38,185 nucleotides of DNA, taken from positions 163,022 to 201,206 of the forward strand of contig NIVC01002144.1 of assembly GCA_002269645.1 (NCBI GenBank). Direction: 5' to 3'. A program made the translations under genes and the position numbers. Under the pieces are notes generated by a model, which saw only the letters and a list, made by a program, of their open reading frames with translations, did not search any database and was not told the DNA's origin. The DNA is from Macrostomum lignano. Its lineage: Eukaryota. Positions 21,101 through 30,823 of the stretch are shown piece by piece (the stretch's first letter is position 1; each line of letters starts with the position of its first letter).

Positions 21101-24100
21101 GCAGAATGTGGCCGACTGCCTCCGCACACAGCGTCCAGGGCGTCAGCATGTTCGCTTCCTTCATGACAACGCTCGGCCGCACACCGCCAATTTGACCCGA
21201 CAAAAGCTGCTGGATCTGGGCTGGGAAGTGCTGCCCCACCCACCGTACAGCCCCGATCTGGCCCCTACAGACTACCATCTTTTTCGAGCGCTGCACCATC
21301 ATCTGAAAGAGAAAACGTTTGAAGATGACAAAGGGGTCAAGGACTGCATTACTAACTTTTTTGAATCACAGCCCAAGGATTTCTACAGAGCTGGCATCCA
21401 AAGTCTGCCCTCTCGTTGGCAGAGGGTCATCGATTGCGATGGCAATTATTTTACTGAGTAACACTGCTGCATTCCTATAAAAACTCGCTCCAACATATTT
21501 TAGTCAAAACGGACAGAATTTTCCTAACAGCCCAATATATTCTCTCTATACTTAGAATAGAGAACATATAGAAAAGAAAGGAAAGCTAGCCAAACCAACC
21601 ATAGTTCTTTATGCATGAGTTAGCTAATCATACTCTAACATTGATAGCAACTAAACAGCCTATTTCAAGCACTAAAAAGTAGTCTTTTGCAAATTAAACA
21701 GCCTTGGCCTAGTATTACTAAAACTATAAAAAGATGAAATCTTAGAATAAGCCTAATTCACTAAAAAATACCTAACTAGTTCTATAGTTGGGCATCAGGG
21801 CCTACTCCCTACATGGCCTAAACTAGGCATATGGCTATAGAAGCCCAGCCTACTAGTAAAACAATATAAAAAACTATTTAGCTTCATTTAACTTTAGGCC
21901 CTAATCCATAGTTCGGAAGAGGGCATGTACGCCGGAAATTTCCGGGGTACAGTCAAGAAATTTGGCGTACATGTTGGCGTACAAATAGTAATTTTCTAAG
22001 GCTTTTGGCGTACATGTTTAACCATGATTATTAATTTGGTGTGTAACATGCACCAAAAAACAAAAAATTCGTAACCTAGTGAAATCAATAACAGTTACAA
22101 AGTCGTTCATTATGCATTTACTGTAAAATTTCACGATTGATGCAGAACTGACTTTCGTGTTTTTTGCTTGTGGTGAAGTTGTAATTTTAACAAAAAATGC
22201 ACAAATTTTACTTAAATTTTATAAATAAACTGTGTACATATAAATCTGTCACTTTTTAATAGTTCTTACTAATAAATAAAAAAGTTACTTTCCGTTTTCA
22301 ACATAGACAATTTAAAATTAAATATGTTTTTATCGGGCCGTTTTGGGCGTGAGACATTTGATATTCCAGATAGATACAACCTGGACATTCATTTAGGTTG
22401 TATCGGACTCAAATGCGCGAGTCATCCCAACCTTCGCGGCCCAGCAGTTCCTTGGATGCCCGTCAAAACGGCCACACGCGGAACGGCCACACGACAAAAC
22501 GGCCACACCGTTAAAACGGCCACACGACAAAACGGCCACATAAAACAAAAAGGGTTGCAGATCGATTGCTCATGAGATCCAGCTTATGACATCAAAATGC
22601 AAAAGAAGTAAATGCATTGAGATATTGTGAAATTTATGTAGGCCGAAAAGGATCCGAAAAGGAAGCACCAGAGAAGCGAAGACGAAATTGTTTTTTATGG
22701 AGCGACCAGCAGTTATGCAAATTTTTAAAAGATGCTAAAATAGTTGTGTAAGAAAGCCTCTTCCTCTTCTTCCAGTACTGTTGGAAGCTCCAGCTCAATT
22801 GTTGGTTCGTCAATGCCAACATCCAATTCTGTGCTATGCAACTTAAACAAGCTGTCTACAAGTGTCTCAGAGTCAGCCTCGAGGCCTGAAATGTAGAGAA
22901 TTGGAATGTAGAAAAAAATCTGCTTTATCTCAACTTCACATGCATCGACTTACCTAAACCTTCTGGTAACAACTTCAGGTGCGTCAGATGCTGGTATCCT
23001 TATTCGCAAATGTAAGGCAGGTCGCTCCTCAGCAGCTAAGCTGGGTTCCGCTGCCGCACTGTGCTCAGCAGCTGAGCTGGGTGCTAGCAGGCAATTTGGA
23101 CAAAACCATGGCATCGTCTCATTCTTCATGGCATTGTAGCGAGCTATAGAAACGGCTGCGTCTCCTGCAGTAGCAGCAGATATACAATAATTACCAATTA
23201 CAGTTAATTCAAATAATTACAACTATAACAGCATACTATAAACAGCAACTCACCTTTCAGACACAATGCATGCTGGCGAGGTCTGACTCTAAGTAGACAC
23301 TTTGGACAACTGTCGTCCATTGTTAAAAATGAAAAATGAAAAAATAAAAAATTATTACATCGTGTGGCCGTTTTGTCGTGTGGCCGTTTTGACGGTGTGG
23401 CCGTTTTGTCGTGTGGCCGTTCCGCGTGTGGCGCGTGTTACGCGGAATAGCCACACAACAAAACGGCCACACCGTTAAGCAATGAAGCAGCAATGAACCA
23501 ATGGGATGCAATTGCGGAGTCATAGGGTGCACTCCATGAAGCCTTTCGAGCTGAAAATCCTCGGTGCAAGATTCATGAGCAGCTACAGTACCAAATGTTT
23601 GGAAGTGATTTTGTTTTCGATCTCCTATAAGTAATATATTTACATAGAAGACAAATTTAATAACTGCACTGTAAAACGACAACGTCACAAAGATATATGG
23701 CGTACATCGGCGTACACAAAAAAAATTGGTAGTTTTTTTTCCGGGGTACATACAGAGTGTTCCGAACTATGGGCCCTAATAAATATATTTGTAGGAGTTA
23801 ATAGATATTTGATAGTTAGGCACACAAAACTACATTCATTTTAAGCCATATGCACTCAAGCAATTTATTTATTTTTTCAAATCCTGCAGAATTTTGTATA
23901 CAATATGCAATAGCATTTGTAACAATTACTAGGATTAGGCCTGGGCCTAGTAAGTAAGCAAAAAATTACTTACAAAAATGAATTTCACATCAGGCTCATT
24001 ATGGCTAAGTGCAAGACTGCCACGGGAAAAGTTATGATAAGTTCTTGTCTTTCGAATGAAGAATAGTAGGTACTTCGAATCATAAAATGACGCAGCAGAA

Positions 24101-24171
24101 TTTGCCAATCGTTGCACTGGTTTCACTACTCTATTCGAAGAGCGCCTACTTGAACCAGCCGCAAGATCCAT
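18147..24171 (-). CDS. Spliced accessory gene of the CACTA element, 5 exons, about 390 aa, C-terminal BEN/DUF4806-like helical domain
   Basis: Exons 24171-23974, 19690-19126, 18969-18875, 18657-18468, 18271-18147; GT-AG, phases 0,1,0,1, open throughout (1173 nt). Acidic/Pro-rich middle; C-terminus VFGEYKGTTQRPKAPGEVQDHLKSILNKAFNIPRDQTVSAWTAVKDSLNRLG resembles BEN-type domains. The domain call is by eye. Confidence 0.72.
20286..21535 (+). mobile_element. Mariner (Tc1/mariner, D,D34D) element, 1250 bp, nested in intron 1 of the CACTA accessory gene
   Basis: 30-bp TIR TTGGGTTGTTAGGAAAGTTCTGTCCGTTTT with 2 mismatches to the right end; TA TSD at 20284-85 and 21536-37. Confidence 0.96.
20430..21461 (+). 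pseudogene. Mariner transposase (343 codons) with one in-frame TAG
   Basis: WTPHDL, TGDEKW, HDNARPH, YSPDLAPTDYHLF; 34 residues between the second and third Asp. The single stop at 21021-21023 replaces an expected Trp (CCW*D), and the same frame continues to TAA 21461. Confidence 0.95.
21906..23772. mobile_element. Non-autonomous DNA transposon, 1867 bp, 8-bp TSD, nested in the CACTA element
   Basis: TIR CCATAGTTCGGAA / TTCCGAACTATGG with further inverted similarity (ATGTAC.CCGGAAA, GGCGTACA motifs). TSD GCCCTAAT at 21898-21905 and 23773-23780 (could be read as 9 bp). Superfamily unresolved (MULE, hAT or P). Confidence 0.85.
22462..23476 (-). mobile_element. Inner foldback/MULE-like derivative with modular AAAACGGCCACAC inverted arms, carrying a PHD-finger-like gene remnant
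   Basis: Arms 22462-22540 and 23363-23432 are about 70-bp inverted copies built from a repeated 13-mer. Between them, minus-strand exons 23320-23254 (MDDSCPKCLLRVRPRQHALC) and 23164-22954 (SIARYNAMKNETMPWFCPNC). Outer termini are not resolved. Confidence 0.6.
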
Positions 24172-24849
24172 TCAAGATCCACCAACTCTTAGTGTCTGAA
24201 GTCAATAAATTCAAACCTATAATAATAATATATTAACTGAATTGGAATAATTAGAAATTGGAATAATTGTCACACCAGATTGATTAATGCAATTAAATTG
24301 TTGAGAGGATGTCATAAAATAGTGAAGAAAACAAAGCTTTTATTTCGACAATCAAAATCGATTGAACAAGCTATGTTATAGAGAAATAACAAAAGCGACC
24401 CAATTTTTGCGTACGAATGTAAGTTTGTTTGCTAGATAAGAACCTGAAATAGAAATTTAATTACGAATTTCGCTTCGAGCAACAAAATAATCCAGCACGC
24501 AATTAGACCGCCATTTTAATTTCAATTTGTGATGGTCTAATTCGCTACGGCTGGATATAAAAAATGCATTTGTAATTTGATAATTGTTACAGAAAATAAT
24601 GCATTTTTATCGCACCACGTTTTATTATTTGTTCTTCAAAGTTAGCAACGGAAGTATAATTTATAAATACACAGATGCGCAATAAAGCCAATCTTGAACT
24701 AAATTCATGCTTATTTTGTTAAATAGTGTAGATAGAACTTTTACTAAAAATGCATTAAAAATGCACGTACATATAATGCACCAAGAATGCACTATTTTGT
24801 CATTAGATTCTGAAAATGCATTATTTGTCCATTTTGGGTCCCTAGGGAG

Positions 24850-24927
24850 GCGTTGCTGATTGCTGGAATTCTCGTCATTTTTCGCGATATTACCGAGAAA
24901 AAAAATAAGGTGCAGCCAGCTGTTTAA
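24850..24927 (+). CDS. Tetraspanin B, exon 6 (second half of TM4 and tail), displaced 10.6 kb by the CACTA insertion
   Basis: Reads ALLIAGILVIFRDITEKKNKVQPAV*, aligning with Tsp-A exon 6 LLLVVGSLVIYSSESSNKNQVAPQRSRAV*. In frame (phase 0) with exon 5. Removing 14290-24849 rebuilds the acceptor ctcctttcgctttcAG|GCG. Confidence 0.85.
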   Translation, partial: ALLIAGILVIFRDITEKKNKVQPAV

Positions 24928-25023
24928 CACGAGACAAAAAAGGTCGCATGCTATAACCTTGAAGTATAGTAACGTACATTATCATTGCTCTCATGCCTAT
25001 TTGCTAAAAAGCGTTTGTTCATA

Positions 25024-25361
25024 CCCGTACAACAATCCGACGTATCTGACCGACGTCGTACGACGTCTATGTAACATTACGTGTTTCCTATTGGTCGGAC
25101 GTCGGGCTGACGTCGAAGTCGTAGTCGAAAAATTAAATTCGCCTTAATTCACGTTATTCGCCTTAAATAATTAAAATAAGCATAACAGTATTGCTTGCCA
25201 GTTCATCCCGCGAAAATAAATGTTAAAGCAGCGCGAAATAAATTTTTGGACTGCGACTTCGACGTCGGCCCGACGTCCGACCAATAGGAAGCACGTAATG
25301 TTGCATGGACGTCGTACGACGTCGGTTCAGAGGTCGGTGCGACGTCGGATTGTTGTACGGG
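25024..25361. mobile_element. 338-bp MITE with about 110-bp TIRs, CCC...GGG termini, ATA TSD (CMC/EnSpm-like)
   Basis: CCCGTACAACAATCCGACGT... versus ...ACGTCGGATTGTTGTACGGG; ATA on both flanks (25021-23, 25362-64). Confidence 0.85.
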
Positions 25362-25529
25362 ATAGCTAGAATACTTTTATTCAAAGGCAGTACGCGCATG
25401 CCCATCTCGTCGATTTGGCTCCTTTAACTTGTTTACTTTATAACGAAAAAAAGCCTAACCATTTAGTGTGACAAATAAAAGACCAGAAAATGAAACGTTG
25501 CAAATTATTGGGTCTCTTTTAGTGATAGT

Positions 25530-26135
25530 CAAGGACGACTTAAGTAGAAGGACGGGAAAATTCGTTTCTTGGAAAATTTTTGAAGGCAGGTTTTTCCGAA
25601 ATGAACACTATACGGAGATAGGAAGTTTTCTCTTTTTTAATAGTTATTGCTTTCGAAAGGAGGCAGAACCAATGTCTTGTGCCTAAAAACGATTAAAATT
25701 GCACAGCTCGGCTCTTTGATTTTATGATTCTATTTTATCATTCTTAGCTGACTGTGTTACAAAAATGTGTAACAGAGATGATAAAAAAGATTCATAAAAA
25801 CATGGATTGGAGCTGTGCCATGCATTTTTATGATTTTTAGGTACGTAGAATATGCGTAGAAATATACGTAGAAATATACATAGAATAAAAAAATAACATA
25901 GAATCCTAATTTTTGAACGAGAAGCTTTATGAATATCGATAGTCCTAGAGCTATAAGAAAGGCACAACTTATCAAAAGATGAACACTGGATCTGTCTCCT
26001 ATATCATGGGCAATAACAATTTTTGTGCAGAAAAAATGAAAACTTCCTATCTCCGTAGTGTATTTTTTCGGAAAAACCTGCCTTCAAAAATTTTCCAAGA
26101 AACGAGGTTTCCCGTCCTTACTTAAATCGCCGTTG
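25530..26135. mobile_element. About 600-bp non-autonomous TIR element (P- or hAT-like)
   Basis: About 105-bp inverted arms sharing AAGGACGGGAAA..CGTTTCTTGGAAAATTTTTGAAGGCAGGTTTTTCCGAAA...ACGGAGATAGGAAGTTTTC. Flanks GTGATAGT / TTGATAAT are a possible decayed 8-bp TSD. Confidence 0.7.
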
Positions 26136-26852
26136 TTGATAATTTTATCTCTGAAATTGCACCCTTTGATTTTATTCCGTAAAATAATAATGAACTTTTA
26201 AGTAAAGTATAAAAAAGCAACTAAATGTAGCTAACATCCTGGATTTATCAGTTTTTATTTTGTGTTTTACGTACTTTTTTACATATAAAAAGTAATCATT
26301 TTATCAGATAAATTCTGCAGTTTTACTTAATTTTGGTTGTGTAAATATAAATTCTTTAAAACCGACAACTTTGGGTCGATTTCAGAACGACGACGACGAT
26401 CTATAATTAGTTAAGCCCACTTGCTTTCTTTCTTTTTCAGCCTTTAGATTTTTGCAGTAGAAAAACCAATGTTTAAAACCGTTTCTATCAACAAGCAAGA
26501 AAATTACGCGTAAAAGGAGAAAGCGTGTAAATTTAAGGGTGATACTTTGCCCTTCTGTAAGTAGTTTTATGCCTGGACATGCACATTTCATTTTTTAAAT
26601 TGGCATCATTCGATTGCCTGTCTGGAGTATAAATTATACATTATCTTTTTTAGCTAGAGAATTCGTCTTATAAATTCATAATTGCCTTTTAATTTTACTC
26701 TTAAGCTGAGGCAGGCTGCTAGTGCTAGGCCTATTACTAATATTAGTAAAGTATTAAAGTTGCCTATTAGTATTATTATTAGACATGAAGGTCTAAGATT
26801 TACTTTATTATGGCATTAGGCTTTAAAGTTTAAATTATGGTATCAAGCCTAA

Positions 26853-27639
26853 GGCTCATTCTATATAAGATGGACATTTTTGGAAAATAGAAAAAAGTCA
26901 ATATTTTTGCTTGCCATTGCCTTATCAGCCAATTTTTTTACCAAATGTTTTTTATGTATAATATCTACAATCTAAGAATAAATGAATGATAAAATGTTAG
27001 ATTAGTATGCTATCAAGTGGCAGAAAGTCATTTTTGTAAAAATTTAGACATTTTTCTAAGCAAAAGACATCATTAAGTTTGTGTACCTTTTAAAAACAAA
27101 TAGAAAGCTTTGGAAGGTTGAAACAAACTATAGATAAAAGTATAGTACTTGCATTATCAGATAAAAGTATTGGTGACCAAATAATCTATTATATTTTTAA
27201 TATATTGGTACCTCAAAGTTACTGAATTGACAGAAAAAAATATGTTACGACCATAATGTTACGACCATAAGGCTGCCTTTTCTTTTGTATCTTTGTTGCC
27301 TTTTTGAGTTTATATATTCTACAAAAAGAGTATGATTACTAAAGATGTTCTTAGTCAACTTTTTAAAAATGTATTGCAAAATATCAAAAATAAAAATGTT
27401 ATAAGACTTTTACCTTTTAGTTTCTATATGTCAAAAATCCTGTTGTTACGACCATAAGTGCCATTCAAGGTTTAATAGCATCTATACTAATGATGATATC
27501 TACATGAAACTCTATAAAAATATTTTTGACAAAATTATCTTTCATTTAAAATATTGGTTTAGTATATTCTATTATTATATTTCATTTTATAAGTAAAAAT
27601 AGCCTGTCATGTTACGACCATGCTTATATGGAATGAGCC
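26853..27639. mobile_element. 787-bp non-autonomous TIR element, 4-bp TSD CTAA
   Basis: GGCTCATTCTATATAAG-ATGG versus reverse complement GGCTCATTCCATATAAGCATGG; CTAA on both flanks; internal TGTTACGACCAT motif four times. Confidence 0.65.
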
Positions 27640-29954
27640 CTAAGTATTTTAGATATATCCATCAAGTGCTTTGTAAAGGCTTTAGTCTTTAGAATTTAGA
27701 AATTTTCTAACAATACAATAGTATACAGCATTCTACTGTATCCCTACATTTAATTATTTTCTTTGAAAATTTTAGTTTCTATTTAGTTTATTGATAAATA
27801 CTATAATGGATTAAATAGAAAGATTTATGAAGTTCAACAGATAAATTGATAATTAGGCCTATCAACTAGTAAAACTAGTGAATGGGAAATCCTAGGCCTA
27901 TAAATAAACAGTTGTACAATAAAACAGCAATAAAAATGGTTGTAGATATAGGTAAATGGCCAGTCATGGTTTTAGGTATATTTATCAATATTGTGTTTGA
28001 GTTATTGAGTCTACTGCATTTGCCCTGCGTTGACTTTATAGTCAGGAAGATAGCCTTTTCATGGAAAATTTGGGAGTAAAAAGAGGTTAAAGGTGCACTG
28101 TGCCAGCATAATATGGTGCAAGAAAAAAATTGGCACTTTTTTGTAAAAGACAAAATCTTATGACCAGACAATATTTTCTCTAATAGAAAATTAGCATATA
28201 ACTAGCAATCTAGTGTAGCCCCCCTTTGGGGTGCCTACTAAGAAAAGAGCAAAAACAGTTCATGGAAAACAATAAAAAGGCACATTTTCTTAAATACCAG
28301 TTCCTTCTTCACTTTTAAAAATCACCTTATTCGTGTAAAATTGTCATAGTCAAAGATGTTTGCAAAGTAAAAGAACCATTTTTTCTTTAAAATTAACAAC
28401 AGACTACAAAATATAGCTTCCCCTAAATAGAAAATATTCCCAAGACAGCAAGCACCCCCTCCAAAAGTAAACAACCCCAGATAGCAAGCATTCTGTAGAT
28501 AGCAAGCATCTCCCAGATAGCAAGCATCTCCCAGATAGCAAGCATTCTGCAGATAGCAAGCATCTCCCAGATAGAAGCATCCACCCAGATAGCAAGCATC
28601 TCCCAGATAGCAAGCATTCTGTGATAGCAAGCATCTCCTAGATAGAAGCATCCACCCAGATAGCAAGCATTCTGTAGATAGCAAGCATTCTGCAGATAGC
28701 AAGCATCTCCCAGATAGAAGCATCCACCCAGATAGCAAGCATCTCCCACATAGCAAGCATTCTGCGATAGCAAGCATCTCCCAGATAGAAGCATCCACCC
28801 AGATAGCAAGCATTTTGTAGATAGCAAGCATTCTGCAGATAGCAAGCATCTCCCAGATATTGTTGAAGCATCCACCCAGATAGCAAGCATCCTGCAGATA
28901 GCAAGCACCTCCCAGATAGTATAGAAGCATCCTGCAAATATAATAAGCACCCCCCCCCCCAGATATTATAGAAGAATCCACCTAGATAGCAAGAATCCCT
29001 AAATAGCAAGCATCCTTAGATAGAAAGAATCCCATACATGTAGCCAATACCCCCTCTCCCAAATAGCAAGTATCCCCCCTCGAGAGCAAGCATCCTCCAG
29101 ATAGCAAGCATCCGCAAGACAGCAAGTAGCTAGTGCAAATGTTACCTCTGCTAATGCAATAATAGCTTTCTTAGGTTGTGCAACAATCCATGTCTTAGCG
29201 AGCGCAATAATCTCTTTTAGATAGCGCAATAATTGGCTTCTCAGCTAGTGCAATAATATTTTACTCATCAAGTCCAAAAATCAATGTCTCAGCTAGTGCA
29301 ATAGCCTTTTCTAATCTAGTGCAATAATCCTTGGCTTATCAAGTGCAATAATCCTTGGTTTATCTAGTGCCATAATCCAGGTCTTTTTAATTAGTCCTTT
29401 AATAAAAGCTTTCAATGAAAAAATTTATGCTACTTTTATTTTTTATTTTACACTACTAAGATTCAAACCTAGGTTGCTGCATTAGCAGTCCAATCTGTTC
29501 ACCTCTATTCTAGCTCTCATTGAAATTATAAAGGAATTTGTAGCACTTATAATTCAACACTCACACCAAGTCAATTGAGTAAAAGTCACACGAAGCAGTT
29601 ATGACATAATCAGTTTCTTAGGCAAGTTAGTACCAGTCTCTATTAAAGTTAGCAATGTGGTTACGCAATATAAATCAAGTATTGTACTATGCTTCCACAC
29701 TGCGTTTTCAATACTGTGATGCAATTCAATTCAGTGTCAAAATTCAGCCAGTATATACAGACAATAAATAAAAAGCCTATTGTGATGCAATCTATTTCAG
29801 AATCAGAATTCAACCAGTCAGTTTTTCCCTAGCATTCCTACAATGCATTTCAAGTTGAAAGAGCTGCTTGACCTTTGCAAAAAAGCTTGTTTTTCGAATA
29901 TTTAATCCCTTTAGCATCGAGCAATTTCTTAGCCACGTTGCATGTACTGTCAAG

Positions 29955-30265
29955 GGAAAATTTCTGATTAAACAGTGCAAGTTTGAACAAAATCGGTTGA
30001 GCCATTTTTGCTAAAATCGATCACATACCAAGATACCTAGATACTTATATTACATGCACAACCTAGGGAATCACTGGGCCATTTCTATTGGCGACACACA
30101 CATGTAAGTTGCTATTGGCTGAGAGCAGTCACGTGACTACTATTCTGTCCAATAGCAACTTACATGTGTGTGTTGCCAATAGAAATGGCCAGGTGAATCC
30201 ATAGGTTGCGCCCAAGCATGCCTAGATACCTAGATACTGACATACCATTTTTAGTATATGGATTT
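29955..30265 (+). mobile_element. Helitron/Helentron-derived (DINE/HINE-like) 3' fragment
   Basis: CAAGTTTGAACAAAATCGGTTGAGCCATTT core, an AGATACCT/ACATAC microsatellite, and a terminal TTTTAGTATATGGATT resemble this family. Assignment is from remembered consensus only. Confidence 0.45.
30056..30211. repeat. 156-bp near-perfect palindrome (MITE-like) centred on GTCACGTGAC
   Basis: Arms GCACAACCTAGGGAATCAC.GGCCATTTCTATTGGC.ACACACACATGTAAGTTGCTATTGG and its reverse complement; centre 30132/30133. Confidence 0.85.
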
Positions 30266-30529
30266 CTTTTTATTAGCAGTTTTTTATTTGCCAATGTATT
30301 GAAAGCTTTTTAATTAATTTATGTAAACAAAGCATTTTCTATGAAAGAGATTCAAATACAAGTTTTACTGGTATTTTTAAAATGGCAGATTATTGATTTT
30401 TGCATTTTTTCAAAAAGTTATAGTACATGTGACACAGGCAAACTTTTTGACATGAATAGTTCTGGCACACAACATAATCAAACTTTTTTGATAGGATTTG
30501 TCCTGGCACAGGCATGCTATGATCTTGAT

Positions 30530-30823
30530 GGGGGGAATCACAAACCCAAAAAATCACAACTCCAAATGTTTTCTATCATAAACCCAAAATATCATAAACC
30601 CAAAATATCATAAACCCAAAATATCACAACCCCAAAATAACATAACTCCAAAATTGCTAGCAGCAAACATTATAAACCCGAAAAATCACAAACCCAAAAT
30701 ATCGTAATTCTGAAAGTTCTAGCAATGTCCAACACTAGTTTGGTTTTTGGAGTTATGATATTTTGGGTTTATGATGGGAAGTGCTTTGAGAGTTGTGATT
30801 TTTCAGGTTTATGATGGCAACCC
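30530..30823. mobile_element. About 294-bp MULE-like MITE with tandem ATCATAAACCCAAA modules in inverted arms
   Basis: Inverted modular arms; flanks ATCTTGAT / ATCTTGAC (8 bp, 1 mismatch). Confidence 0.65.

Larger units (their letters stand above)
14290..24847 (-). mobile_element. CACTA/EnSpm (CMC) DNA transposon, 10,558 bp including nested insertions
   Basis: TIR CCCTAGGGACCCATAATGGGTAAATAATGCATTTT (left) versus CCCTAGGGACCCAAAATGGACAAATAATGCATTTT (right, reverse complement). 2-bp TSD AG (14288-89, 24848-49). AATGCA-rich subterminal repeats at both ends. Encodes a CACTA-type transposase. CCC termini with a 2-bp TSD are typical of animal EnSpm elements. Confidence 0.9.

Noticed and set aside
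28322-29229. Several Cys/Leu-rich minus-strand ORFs
   Set aside because: Derived from the tandem modules of the foldback arm.
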